A DNA stretch of 64,000 nt. It comes from Anthoceros angustus (taxonomy: Eukaryota > Plantae > Anthocerotophyta). This document shows, piece by piece, positions 1 to 13,283 of this stretch. Every line of letters starts with the position of its first letter. The first letter of the stretch is position 1. Under the pieces are notes generated by a model. The model made no database searches. It saw only the letters and a program-made list of their open reading frames with translations, and had not been told where the DNA came from. Made by a program: the position numbers and the translations under genes. Location: NCBI GenBank assembly GCA_010909165.1, contig VJWM01000019.1, forward strand, positions 1,364,001 through 1,428,000. The letters run 5' to 3'.

Positions 1-593
1 GATACGAATTATGACATTTGATCTTGTCGATAATGAAAAGGTGCTTTTCGCTAAGCACTGAGTCGACTTGTGTCACCTGGTGGGAAGCGTGTAGAATACA
101 AGAATTTTGGTTAGTTTTATATGAGAATCATTGATCGGCATTGCACACCCTTTTTTATCATCGATCAGACATTTATCTACCCTTGCAAGGTTTGTGCAAG
201 CTGTACTGTGCTGCAAGGCCTATACGAGGTGCTCAAAGGTTTGTGCGAAGTGTCTCAAGGTGCTGCAAGATGAGGCCACTCTTCACCTCTGTGAATTTTT
301 GAGTAGCAACACAATTCGTGCTGGTGTGATATGCTTTTAAGATCGCTTGGACTGGGAACACATTGAGCGGAATAAGGAAGATCTTACAAGGATTGTCAAA
401 GACATGGCCCTCAACGGAAAGCCTTTATCTAATATTGGGGATGAATTGCATAAAGATGTTGAAACACAGATATCATTCCTATGAGGCAAAGCTGACAATG
501 GGATTGACAGCTTGGAGGCCAGGATTGCCTTCCTCGGTCATAAATCTGACAAAGTGATGCGGACAGTTGAAAATTTCAGTCTATTCCGATCAA

Positions 594-1040
594 GGAGTTA
601 GCACAAGGAGGCTTTCAAGAAGTGAAGACAAGTAAAGCATAAGAAGTGAAGACAAGTGAGGCAATCAAGAAGTCAGCGCAAAGAGGCTTTCAAGAAGTGA
701 AAGACAAGTGAGGCATAAGAAGTGAAGATAAGTGAGGTCATTAAGCACAAGGAGGCTTTGACGAAGTGAAAGATAAAGTGAGGCATAAGAAGTGAAGGTA
801 AGTGAGGTGAACAAGGAGTCAGCACAAAGAGGCTTTGAGGAAGTGAAAGACAAGTGAGGCACATCAACGGAGGCTTTGAGGAAGTGAAAGACAAGTGAGG
901 CACATCAACGGAAGCTTTGAGGAAGTGAAAGACAAGTGAGGCATATCAACGGAGGCTTTGAGGAAGTGAAAGACAAGTGAGGCACATCAACGGAAACATC
1001 TGATGCTCAGAGGCTTTCAACGGAAACATCAAAGGCTTTC
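594..1040. repeat. Tandem minisatellite; ~41-bp unit GGAGGCTTTGAGGAAGTGAAAGACAAGTGAGGCACATCAAC (4 near-perfect copies ~828-992) preceded by degenerate variants
   Basis: Period of 41 is read directly (AAGTGAAAGA at 841 and 882); the core GAAGTGAA(A)GAC/TAAGTGAGG recurs from ~620. Confidence 0.9.
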
Positions 1041-1599
1041 AACTTTCATGAAGTGAAAGCTTGACCTAGGTAGTGGCAAGGGTCATGGGAGGGTGGGAAA
1101 TAGTGGCGTGAGGATCATGGCATGGCTACGGGGCTTGTGGCCTCTTGCCCTCCCTTCCACCACAAGTGCAGGGAGCACCCCCCTCCCCCTTCTTCTCTCC
1201 ATTGTGTCCTTTTTCCGGCTTGGTCTCTTCTCCTAGCTTATTGATGCAGGGGTTTGAGGACATGATGTTTAGGTCAGAAGTGTAAGCATTCGATGTACAC
1301 ACATGTGTGACCGGCATGATGGGGGAGGCAGCGTGAGGCATTAGGCAGCATGGTGGTCTGCGGCCTCTCCAGCCACAAGAGTGACCCCTGTTGTGCAGAT
1401 ATGCTATCTCAAGAGACAATGGCGGTGCAAAGACTCCTTGACATTAAGCAGCTCCCCCCTTCCTCCTTTTCCCCTTTCGCCCCTTGTTTTCCTCCCTTCC
1501 TCCCTCCCTCCTCCTCCCTGCCCCTCCCTACCTCCCTGCTCCCTCCATTCCAACTCCCTCCCCCTCTCCCTTTTCTCCCTTTCTCCCGTTGCTATGGTC

Positions 1600-1795
1600 C
1601 CTCTGGAAGGAACTTTTTGTTCATATGGCTTCTCATGAACTTTTGTATTATGAAATGTGACCCCTCAAGAACTTTTGTGCCATGAAATATGGCACCTCAT
1701 GAACTTTGGTGATATGAAAGGTGGTCCTCATGAACTTTTGTGGTATGAAATATGGCCCCATGACTTTGTTCCATGAAGTATGGCCCCTCAAAGTT
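1600..1795. repeat. Degenerate ~32-bp tandem repeat (CCCTCATGAACTTTTGTGGTATGAAATATGG-like)
   Basis: About six copies of CTCATGAACTTT...ATGAAA, directly after a CT-rich tract (1455-1590). Confidence 0.75.
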
Positions 1796-2532
1796 CTATA
1801 TCATTGTGATCAAATTTGTCGTCCCTTGGAAGGTCGCGCTGGACTCCCTCGAGTGAGTTCTTTAGTGCAAGACGTTAATAAAACCTTGAACCTTGATAAG
1901 ACCTAGGGGAAAGTTAAGTTGGTGCAACCTCTAAAGGCTCACAACCACCAAGACAAGGGCTTCAAAATACGCAGGTTTGCTTGCAGGCTCGCTTTCTCCT
2001 AATACACGGTTTCCATCATTGAATTCACTTACATGTCCTTTGGCTATCATGTTCTTCTTGTTCTTTGGCTATCGCCAAGCCCAGCCCCAAGAAAGGGCCT
2101 GCCCATCCCTCCCATAGCCTCGCCATGCGCACTCTACTTGTATCGAGGTATAGAGAAGCATACATATATTGCCGTATCTTTCATATTTCGCCATGCAACT
2201 CCCCATATCGGCGAATCCATCACCGTGCGCGCGCCATATACGTTTCGAACGAGCGGGGGGGAAGTAAGCATCAGGTCGCTATGGCAGGGCATGGGCATGA
2301 CATGCCACGGAAGATGTTACACGGGCGAAGCATTTATCGCTTCGGAGATTGAGACGAAGGAAAAGGGAACACGGCGCGATAAAAGTGTCTTTTGCTCGGT
2401 TCTGCACACGATATGTATTGTTTACAAGGTAGAGAAGGCAGGAAGAAAAGCTAGTTCCGCGCTGGACATGCCGTTGTTCGTTGCGGGAGCAGTATGGGTT
2501 ATATAGAAATGCTATCTGGTGGGCGCTAGACG

Positions 2533-4072
2533 CTAAGCGCTAGTCCCGGTGAGCAGCTGCCGCACATTGATGGGACTGATCTGCTGAGTCCCGCCGGTGA
2601 AGAGAGCTGGAGCCAAGAGTCGATTCACATGTTCTGTCGGGTGGAAGGGGTCCCAGAAGATGTAATCCGGTCGGTCAGGACACACGGTTGCCCCGAGGTA
2701 TGCAACGCAGGGGATGAGGCCGCCGACGGCAGCGCAGCACGGCATGTTCGTCACGTTGAAACCTGCAGCAGCCGGAATCGTCTCAGCCACAAGACGTTGC
2801 AGAACGGAACCAAACTGTATGTCTGTCAGTACTGGGCAGTGGGAGGTGCGTACCCTCAGGGGCGGGGTTGTTGATGAGATTGAGCACGAAGTCGTATGTA
2901 TTTGCGTAGAGGAATGCGGCATCCGGGTACTGGGATCGGAGCTGCTGGAGCAGTCTTTGCAGCCCGGAGTTGAACCCGGAGGCCAGCTGGTTCACCCTGT
3001 CGACGCAGGTTCCGTTGGAGCCGTTTTGCTGGATCTGAGACGGGATGCAGCCCAAGGGGCCCAGGCCCACGACCACGAACTGGCGCGCTCCCAGAGAGTA
3101 TATCGTCTGCAATGTGATCATGAACGGACCCACGTTTTGTGTCAAGATTTCGTGTCGTGCAGAACGGTGGCAGAATGTGAGTCTAGATCTGACCGTGAGT
3201 TGCCTGTCGAGGTTGGTGATCAGCAGGTTCTGATAGGCAGACGGCGAGAGGAGGCTTCTGAAACTGAAGGGCAGCAAGTAGTTGTTGATGTAGTCGTTGC
3301 TGCCGATCACGATGGTGAACAGGGAGTTGTTTCTGAGAAGGGTTTCTGTGGAGTCGTTTCCGAGCTGCGCCTGGAGGCTTGCGATGGTGTTTTGGAAGAA
3401 GGAGATCTGCTCGTCGAAGTTGATGTTCGTGATCTGCATACGGTGGGCAGCATCGGATTCACGACCAGAATGAATGGTGTTCACCAACCCGAGTTCCAGT
3501 GCTGCTGCAGAATGCGACTTGCATACTCACATAATTCAGGCCGGTGTCGTTTAGAATGCCCGCTGCTGCTGAAGCGTAGTTCACCCCTTGAAGAATCCCA
3601 GGGCCACCGGCTTGAATGTCGGGCTGGAGATAAGGCGGTTGGCTGGTTGCGTAGCCTATGAGTTCAGCTGCATCAACAAGTCCGACCCAACAGTTGAGAA
3701 TTTCGAAATGCGTGCAACAGATGAATTCCACAACACTCCACACAGCAAGTACTGAGTAGTGCAGTGCGATCGGGTGGTGCCACAATTACAGAGAATGTCC
3801 AGAACCGTTTTGCCGTTACAGAATCGGCCCGTTGCGATGCCACCCGGGTAGTCGATTCCGTTGTAGGGGAAGTTTGCCCTGGCCAAAGTGGGGATGTAGT
3901 TGTTGTTCCCGACATCCACCAGGGAGTCTCCAAACGTGAACAGAGCTTGAGTCAGCGGAGCTGCACCAGCTCCTGGCCCCGTGCTCATCACCATCACAGC
4001 TATCGATAACGAAATGCTGGCCAATCTGGTGGACAGCACCAGTATCGACAGAGTGGACTGCTTGGACGTCAT
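2533..4072 (-). CDS. GDSL esterase/lipase, 5 exons (4072-3790, 3667-3531, 3433-3194, 3106-2854, 2762-2533)
   Basis: Hydrophobic N-terminus; FTFGDSLVDVGNNNY, TGRFCNGK, GVNYASAAAGI, IGSNDY, GPLGCIP and WDPFHPTE blocks; GT-AG introns keep the frame. Confidence 0.95.
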
Positions 4073-5278
4073 TGTGGCCGGGAAGCCTCGGGACTGCCTC
4101 CTGATCTGACACAGCTGCAGGGCACATACTGTCTTCCTGCTCACACTGAGATGCAGTATTACACCTGCAGCCTCACCAGAAAAGGGACCCCGGTTCCTGA
4201 AAGCTTTAAGGTGAACTACCTACAGCAGCTATTCAGGCGGTGACTTTGGCCACCACTCCACGAATTTGTGCACCCTGCTCGGGAAGTATCCAATGCGTGC
4301 TCCCGCAAACACCGAATTCAAGTGTGCTTGCCGGTGGACAAACCACCAAAGGAGCCGCATTCCCGGAGTGGAAGACGATCGGGCCCAGCTGTGTGGACAA
4401 CCTGCAACAGACTGTCTGCACACATTATTGCCACCATACTATTTTGCTAAAAGAAGACATTATTGCTCACATACACAATACACGCTTCTACCTTTCCCAA
4501 ACGCAGTTTTCAAACAATAGTTTTTCCTCGCTTTTCCTCCGGAACACCAGGTTTCTTGCTTCATCCATTCGTTCACGGTCGGTGGGCATTGGTGTTATTA
4601 AACGCCAAGGGGTATTGTTGTTGCAAGTTCCACTGACGATTCCAACCCTGCGTGCGTTCTCCACGTTCTTCATTGGGCATTCGGTTCCTTGAGACCTCCA
4701 GGTTATTTCACAGTGCTCATAGAGGTACGATCAACCCAAGGCGATTGGACCTCAAAATGGGCATTGTACTTTTCTTGTTTCTCTTCAACGTAGGATTTTA
4801 GGACGATTCGAGAAAATAAAAAGGCTCAGGACTAGTATCATCAAACTCTCACCGTGCCATCGTCCAGGGCTTGTGCTCCATTTCCTTGTGCGACGAGAGT
4901 GGTGGGTGTGCCCTAAAGCGCTTGTCTCTTCCACCTGGTTAGGGTTTTGAAGAGTTTTGTGCCATGGTTTCAGTATGGTTATCATTTCTTACTCCCTAGA
5001 TGTTTTTGCACCTAGCAGTGGAGAAAGGCGTCAGTTTGTGGCTAGTGCGGCCTACTGGCTGGTGGGGAGGCAAATGTTGTTTGTGATCTTGGTGGCTTGC
5101 CGCACCCTTCATGCCGGATTCCTGGAAACCCTGGGAAAACAAAAGCAAATAAGCCATGTAATTTGTAGCTTATGCACCTATGGGCAACACCTATAACATT
5201 TTAATGAGATCATTTTAAACCCGTCTTAATAAAATGAAGTATTGCAGTAACTTCTTAGATCTCTTAGATCTTCTTTGT

Positions 5279-5523
5279 GTCCAAATGGCTTAGGCCAAAT
5301 GGACACACATTTATAAGAACGCCGTGATTAAGCATCCTGAGCCTAGATCGGTGATTAAGCATCCTGAGCCTAGATCGGTACTTAGATGGGGTGCCTAAAG
5401 GGAGTGGATGCCCTTGGTGCAAGTAGCTTAGGCACACCATGGTACAAGTTGTCAAGTACCAAGTCCCATGACGGAAATCCGTCCTTAGTGGACTCAAATA
5501 AAATTCTTCTTCTTCTTCTTCTT
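5279..5523 (+). repeat. Dispersed repeat, copy 1 (likely 3' end of a non-LTR element; AATAAA then (CTT)n tail), with an internal 27-bp tandem duplication
   Basis: Closely similar to 53307-53705. Confidence 0.75.
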
Positions 5524-6029
5524 AGCGGATTAGGCATCAGGCTCCTGGTTTTAGCAGATTCGGCAATCGGGCGCCCAGTTCTCGTTTCCCTCGACGAAAT
5601 CAGGCTCCCAAATTCGGACCAACACGGGAAGCAGGGCAAATGGGGTACGCAATGTCGCACTTCGTGATCATTAAAATGTAACCCGGCGCAAATTTTGCCG
5701 AGATTGTATAGTCCGGGTCGAACCACTCGTGTCTACAAAAAAAAATGATCCGCTTGAAGCAATGTTGTGCCGCAAGCTGGGTGATCTATGTTACATGAAC
5801 TGGCAGCAGCAGGCAGGCTAACCTACGCGTCGGGGCTTATCACCCTGCCTGCTTTCCGGAGAGTGTCAATTCGGATATTCCGTCAAGACACGCAACCAAC
5901 TTCAATGACGGATGTCCCAGAAGGTTGTGATGTCTCCGCCCCCGTTTTACACTCCAGAGGAAAGAATTGTCTTCGACATCACTGCCGAGCTCAAATGGAT
6001 AATTATGTGCCGCAGACCAGCTGTATCAC

Positions 6030-8508
6030 CTACCTTCGCACCCAGTTCTTGGTCTGATGAGGTTTGGGTTTCTGCGTTGGGTGGTGATGCTTAGCGCGAT
6101 TCGGTCCACCCTTTGGAAGCTCGTGCAAACCCATCACTTGGACAGTCCGTGACTTCTTGGCTGCAAGGGTCATCCATCCCAAGGGTCACAATGAGGAGTC
6201 GATCACCAGCTTTCAAGTCATGCCAAAGCAAAAACCAAAGCCAAAAAAAAGCAACATCCTATCCTCTAAAGCCAAAAGCAGGAGATCTGTGGTGGTTAAC
6301 CAACCAGCTTCTGCCTCCTCATATCTCTCGTGCAATTTCCTTTTAGCAGCTTCAAGCCTTGCTTGAACATTTGGTTCAGGAGACCTCTGTCTCTGCAAGC
6401 AGAAAGCCAGTGTAAGCAAACAGCCCCGCTGGATGGAAATGCAACCAGCACCCCAGAGTGCTTCACATCTCCTGCAAACCATCAGCAACCACAACCACCA
6501 TGGGAAATCAACTCACCACTGGCTGCGCGGGTTTTAGGTTTTCCACTCTCGGCCTGGGCACGGGCTTTGGCTCAGGCTTTTGTACCTGTGTCTCACTGCT
6601 TCGCTTCATATGCGCTCCATTGGAATCTGTCCGCATAGGGTGGTCCTCATCCACACCAGCGTACCCATCACCTATCCTGGACTTGCGAGAGGAAGAATTG
6701 CCGAAGTCCTCATCTTCCTCCATGTACTTGGTGCCATTGCGGCTAGAGGCTACTCTCTGAGTGGCATTCGACTTCTGCTGTCGGGGTTCATCATCTCTGG
6801 ATCGCCTGATATCAATGCTAAAATTTGCCCGTTCTCTATTCCCCCTGACCTCTGGCTCTGGTTCAGGGCTTGATGATACAGCAATTCGATTCCGTCTCTC
6901 GACTTTTTTTATCACTCTTGTCGAGGCCTGCGGAGGCACATCCTCAAGGCGGGTCATCGAAGAAGTCTCTGCAGATGGTCGGCGATCAATCTCTTGGCCA
7001 CTCATATCCCCAGAACCCGCAGCTGAAAGAGACCAGACATTGTTAAGTACAGGTGCCACAATGAGAGGGATTTAAACTGCAAGGACTAAGACAGCAATCG
7101 CATAGGGAACAAGCTACGTTCTTACATAATTCATCTTCCGTGAAGTCCAAGAGCTGCATAAACAAAAAGATCGAGTCAGCCCAGAACTAAACATGGAAAG
7201 ATATCTCCTGCAGTAAAGAGAGCCACAAAGTGCCTTCACTTACTCCATCCAGGCTTTTCCCAAAGTCAACTTCCATTGAACCTGCAGCTAGCAGGGCACC
7301 TGCATCCAGAGGAGGGGACGGCAGTCCATGCTCCCCTGCATTCATTTGAGAGGGACCTGCATGGAGCACCGAATGTCACTGCCTTTTTCTCAAAGAGCAC
7401 GCGCAGACACAAGTACAGGAGGGGGGGAAACTACCTGCTGATACAATGGACCTCTCGCTCTTGACAAACTCCTCAATCACTTCCTTCCAGCCACTGCTAT
7501 CACGACCCAAACCCGGCAAGCCAGTGAGGAAGGAGAAGCCGCACGGAACACGGCCGCCAAACGAAAATGACATGAATAAACCGCACAAGATAAGCCTGTG
7601 GACATATTACGTGACAAGCTGCCGAGCCAATCCGCGCACTTGCTTGCTCCTAGAAAACTTTCTCAAGTCCCTCACTACCTTTCCAATCTCAGTATGCTGC
7701 AAAGACAGCCCCAACACATCCGTCAGCTCCATCTTCAGCAGCACCCCAACAGCCAGGCAACGGCAGCAACAGAGCGCACAGGCTCGAAAACGCAGTGCAG
7801 TATTCCACGCAATGACTGCACCCATCCTAGAGCACAAGAGCAAGTCTGCAATGCAAGACCTTCAAAATTTCCACCGTGATGGACACGTCCTCCATCCTCC
7901 TCAGCAGGCTCAGAATGTCGTCATCCGACTGCACAAAGCATCACAACCCCGTTCAGCGCATCCTCCTGTACTAACCCCACGAAACCACATCCAACCGCCA
8001 CACCCCAGCCTACCATGCCGGGATCCTGCAGCTTCGCCTTGATATTCGCAATGTCACCCAGCGCCCGCTTCTCAGCATCCAACTCCCGGTCCAGCTCCTC
8101 CACCCCCTCGTCGAAGTCGTCGTAGCCTAGAGGCCCAGGGCTCCCCGGCTCCGGATCTCGCAGCCCATCCTCCTGCTCCTCCTCCGCCTCCCTCACCGGC
8201 ACCGGCTCCGGCTCCGCCTCCACTTCCCTCCCCCTCACCCTATCCCGCTCCTCGCCCGCCTCCTCCTGCTGCCGCCTGCCCCCCCTGGCGGGCGCAATCC
8301 GGGAATCCTGCGCCACCGGCCTACCCGCAGCCTTGGCAACCGCGCCATTAGCCCTGGCAGGAGGCAACGAAAAGAGCTGCTCCGCATACGAGTCCCTCCT
8401 CCTCCGCAGCTCCTCCGGGTGCTCCGCAGCCGCAATCCCTATCAGCTCCCGCAAGGCCGTCCATATATCCTCCCCGGATTCCCTCACCAGCCTCCGCCAT
8501 TGCCCCAT
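6030..8508 (-). CDS. MED26: Mediator subunit 26-like / TFIIS N-terminal domain protein, multi-exon
   Basis: N-term WRRLVRESGEDIW...AAEHPEELRRRRDSYAEQLF; TFIIS-N segment TEIGKVVRDLRK; LPSPPLDAGALL; C-term ARLEAAKRKLHERYEEAE..KKSRTVQVM. Confidence 0.85.
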
Positions 8509-9909
8509 CCTTCCTGCTCCCCCGCCCCCGCAGATCCACCGATCCCCGCCCACCCTAACCCTGCAATTGCGCCTCCTGCAATTCCTCGGAATCATTGGCA
8601 GCTGCTGCATGCGCTCCTCCACAATTCCCCAATTTAGTCCCCAGGCACCAAATCACCACACCCACGCCGTGGCCGGAGGAGCAGCGCAGACACAATCAAT
8701 CCCGCACAGGACATCGCGCGACCCCGGCCCGGCCCCGCCCCGCCCGGCCCAGCCAGCCTCAATTGCGGCCTCCTTCCGCGCAATTTCGCTGCAGCAGTCG
8801 GCGGGGCGCGGGAATCGCAGCGTCCAATCCAGGGGGGTCGGGGAGGGAGGGGAGGGCTGGCCAGGGGTGGCAGGAGGCCGGGCGAGGGCGACTCTACCCA
8901 GCAGACCCCGTGTTGTCGCGAGACGCGGAGGAGGGGAGGAGGGGAGATGGAAGGAAGCGAGTCGACTTCTCTGATCTGCTTCTTGGAAGGAAAGGGAAGG
9001 GCCGAGGGAGGCGTGAGGAAAGCGAAAGGAAAGGGGGGAGGCGGAAAAGAAAAGATGCGGAGAGGCGGGGCGTAGCGCCTCGTGGTCGCGAGGTCCGCCG
9101 GGGCCCAGTCAGATGACATGTAAGATATGGGGCAATGGGCATGGGCATGGGCATGCCGCCCGGTCCGTGCCACGGACCCCTCGCCTCCTCCAACTTCTTT
9201 ACATAAATGCCATATGTGGAATCGGGACAGCGGAACCGCGGAACCCTGCACTGCCGTGTCCACACGGCCAGTCCTGTGGCCGCCGCTGCCCCTTGCCCTA
9301 ATTTTGTTCCCACACCCTCGCGTTCTCTTCCTTTCACCTTCCACCACCTAGCTCGTCACTCTTCCATAAACGCCACGCCCTCACCTCTTGGTGCCTGCCA
9401 CACCTTTGCTATTATTAGACCTACTTCGCTTCCGCTTCTGCTACCTACCCCATCGGGCAGCACTCGCCACTGGGATAAGGTTGGGTCCGAGTGTCCTCAC
9501 CCCAACGGGATCTCCAAGTTTTGGTACCTACAATAAAATACTTACAAAATCAAAAAAAATACGGCTACCGTGATACATTCAATTAGGTATCTTCTTTTCC
9601 TCAATCATCGTTGTTACGAGGAGAAAAATCAAAACAAGTAGTATTATGATAATGTTCATAATTCTCAAACTAGGTCATTAAATTTAAAAATATTCTCCTT
9701 GACTTCTTTTAAATCTTTTATGAAGGTATAATTTTGTAAAAAATAGAATTGAACATCAGTCTCGTAAACAAATAGAAAAACAAAAAAGAAACATAAGGTT
9801 CAATGCTTGAGTGTTTGCTCGTCTCTAGATATGATATTGGGCACACTTATCCCCTTCAATTTTTCTACATCCATCTTGAGTGATATGACACTGGTTATCT
9901 TACAGGTTA

Positions 9910-10052
9910 TGTCTTTGATTGAATAACTCTCTTTCATACTTCATTACCATTAAATTGTCTTTGATTGAGTAACTCTTTTTCATACTTCATTACCATTAAA
10001 TTGTCTTTGATTGAGTAACTCTTTTTCATACTTCATTACCATTAAATTGTCT
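9910..10052. repeat. 46-bp tandem repeat x3
   Basis: TGTCTTTGATTGAGTAACTCTTTTTCATACTTCATTACCATTAAAT-like units start at 9910, 9956 and 10002. Confidence 0.95.
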
Positions 10053-12150
10053 GGAGCGCAAGGCAATGATATTCGTATCGCAACAGCAAACCGATCCTTA
10101 AAGGATTCGAAGCATGGAGATGGCGCTAAGGCAGTGGCACGCATGAGCAATTAACTGTACGTGAAGAACTGATTTTATTGAAAGCAGAAACTAAATTTTG
10201 TATAGTGTATGAACAGTAATTCTAAATAATGTCTTATACTATATAACTTTGGTATGAACGGTTATTCTAAATAATTTTGTAAAGTATATAACTTTAGGAT
10301 AACATCTTAAATTATTTAACTAGTTTCATAATCAAATATAATGTAAATGGATTTCTAACACTCCCACTCAGTTGAGAATACTAGTAGGGTAAACAAAAAT
10401 ACAAATTGGGTGTATTTTCAGTTATATAAATAATAAGAAGTCTCCCATTATTTACATGTTTGTAAGATTTAATCTAAAAATGCATATGTTTTTGGTTAGA
10501 AGAGCATGTGTCAATTCATGGAAGCAATTTGAGCACACAGATTGAGACAATTTTGAAGGCAAAGTGCTTAAATTCCTTCCATGAATTTATACTTATTCTT
10601 TAACTACAATGTTACCTATATTATAAATAGATTGTATCAGTAAAGAGCGCTAATATGTATATCTACATAGCAATGTTGATCATTTTAATAAAAATTACTA
10701 GTCATTTGTTCGGTGTGTTCAATAAATTATAGAGAATGCATGTTCTGTGCGTTGATACTGCCCAGTGCTCCTGTTGTTGTTGTCCTAATGTGATGCAGGT
10801 TGTAAGGAGGAGAATAATCATCCCTGCCAACATCTTCATAAATAGTCCATATGCACCCTGGGATAATAGTATTGAGATAATATTTACACATGATATTTTA
10901 TAGATTCTAATTATTAGATTTATATTTTTTTTTCTCAGCACCATAGGCACTTATGGAAAATGTGTTTTGTGTGTCCTAAATATTCCTCATAACGAACACA
11001 AGCAATCCAAATCATGTGTATTCCGTAGCAGGTGAGGCGCAGCCTCATATGGACAGAACGCTCTTACATATCAATAGGCGGTTGACTATTTTGAGATAAA
11101 AGAGGAATTAACTCCAGAATAACATGACATTAGGCAATTTTTTTGGACTGAAATGTTGAAGTTAACTTAAGTCTGCCCAATAGCGCTAGGGTGTGTTTTT
11201 AAGCTGGAGGTTTGGACTCTATGTCCATCATACCTAAACATCTCACATGTTTCCTATGTAATTCATAACCCAAGGATTTTGTTAATAGATTTGCAACCTT
11301 ATCTTGTATTTGAATATAACTAATGTCCATAGGTTTATCCTCTAACTTTTCTATCATGTAATGATATTTAAAAACAATATGTTTTGTTCTGGAATGAAAG
11401 ATAGGGTTTCTAGCTAAATGGTTCCTTAGCTAGCACTGAACAAATGTGTAGGTTTTAATTAAGGATGCTCGAGGTCACTCAAAACTAACCTACTCCATAC
11501 TATGTCGTAAGAAACTGAGATCAATACTCTATACTCTGACTCAGTACTAGACTAGGCTATAGTTGGTTGTTTCTTACTTGACCAAGATATGGGAGCTCCT
11601 CCCAAGAGCAATACGTAATCTGATACGGATTTGTGTGTCTCGAGATCACCAGCATAGTCGGCATCAATATATACTTTTAATGTTAACTTCTTTATGTCTG
11701 GTGTATGCATGAACATCAATCCTGTGTGCACAGTCCCCTTGAGGTATGTGAAAATGCGCTTCATTGACATCCAATCTTCATGTCCAGAGTTCTCCAGGAA
11801 TTGTGAACAGGAGCTAACGTCAAAAAATATATTTGGTATTGTAAAATTGCTTAAGTACATAAGAGTGCCAAAAGATGTTGTGCTACGATATTATGAAGAG
11901 AATCATACACTTGCTCGAAGCAATGCTTAGATCAAAACCTCCAAGATAACCGAAGAATAAAATGCTCTTGATGTATATCAATAGCATGCTTGTCTGGATC
12001 GAAATGAAACTGCATTCCGAGTAAAAAAACTCAAGTGACCATGGTTAGTCATCTGTAATCTCAAGATTAGGACAACTTTGATCTTTGCCATAAAACTCAG
12101 TCAAGTACAAAATACAAATGTGTCATTCGAAAAATTAGAATATGCATGGA
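10048..12150 (-). mobile_element. Degenerate Ty1/Copia 3' part: RT/RNase H relic, PPT (10361-10370) and 3' LTR relic
   Basis: Minus-strand YIDADYAGD...LLGGAPISWSSKKQPTIA (11552-11860) and RNPIFHSRTKHI-like block near 11400; TGAGTGGGAG followed by TGTTAG at 10360. Confidence 0.8.
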
Positions 12151-12855
12151 TTACATGGGCCTCAATGCAGTAACATTGAGAAATAGGTTTTGAATACCAT
12201 GCATTAAAGAGATCATGGACAATCTTGTTAGTGTTTAGCAAGGTGGACTTAAAATCTGGCTTGCACCATATTTGATCAAGGGTGGGAATGAATTCACGTT
12301 AGTGTTCAGAACGCGCCGCGGGAATCACTAGTAAAATTATTTTGCTCGAAGCGTCAAAGAATATCTATTTGATCCTTAATGTACATAGCCTATTTGATAA
12401 TAATATATAGATTGGTCGACATGTATACATATATATCTAGATTAAATTTAAAAATGAATATTAGCATCGTTAAAACATCACTTATTGATTCCTTGAATTA
12501 TGAGAAAATCAAGAAACTTTGATGCTACTTAGTCTAGAGGTATAAGTAAAATCTAGATATGCACTTTGCTTTAGTTAGAAGAGCATGTGTCAATTCATGG
12601 AATCAATTGGAGTAGACACATTGAGACAATCTTGAAGCTAAATTGCTCAAATTGCAACTACAGCGTCTCCTACCTTACAAATAGATTGTATAAGTACAGA
12701 GCGCTAATATACACATTGAAATAGAAATGTTGATCGTTTTAATAAGAAAATCTAGTCATTTGTTAGGTGTGTTCAATAAATTATAGAGCACGCATATGCC
12801 AATAACATTCTCAATCCCACACATCCAACACAAAATACTCACTCACGTAGACATC

Positions 12856-13213
12856 TGTCACAACAAGTGACCAGCTTGGATCCAGACAGACTCGGGACAC
12901 GGCGCCTGCCGCGAGGGAACCCGGCTAGGTATTGAACCGGGTACCCACTCAAACCTCGTTCGAGCAGTGCGTGAGAACCAGCGGGATCCGTAATAACGCG
13001 TATATGTATAAATAGATTAATACATAATTAGGTAATTAGAAGGAGTAGAAACGTGTAAAGAACCCCATAACCGTAGACATAGTCCGTTACCACAGGGGTT
13101 CTTGGCCTGAACGCAGCCAAGCCCTTATGTACCCACAAATCGTGAAGATAGACAGCCATTCCTGGACTCAGTTTCCAACCTCCCGGAGCCGATCAAGCCC
13201 GTGGAGTGTTGCA
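12856..13213 (+). repeat. 5' LTR
   Basis: TGTCAC...GTTGCA, matches the 3' LTR, followed by the PBS. Confidence 0.95.
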
Positions 13214-13215
13214 TT

Positions 13216-13228
13216 TGGTATCAGAGCC
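13216..13228 (+). other. Primer binding site (tRNA-iMet)
   Basis: TGGTATCAGAGCC 2 nt after the LTR. Confidence 0.9.
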
Positions 13229-13283
13229 ATCGATTCTGTAAGCAGCCAGATCCTGCTGTCGGAACCCTTGTGGCACGGCCAAA

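Noticed and set aside
131-557. Short ORFs possibly from a DNA transposase
   Set aside because: No diagnostic motif could be identified
2714-3661. 315-aa plus-strand ORF, and similar long ORFs at 8333-9347, 43320-44090 and 47539-48041
   Set aside because: These are antisense or alternate-frame shadows of GC-rich genes and promoters, with no domain features
4229-5140. Coding-like minus-strand fragments upstream of the GDSL gene
   Set aside because: Multiple stops and no recognisable family; cannot be supported as a gene
5403-5420. GTGGATGCCCTTGG resembles the 5' end of 23S rRNA
   Set aside because: The match is only ~14 nt and sits inside a dispersed repeat with no further rRNA similarity
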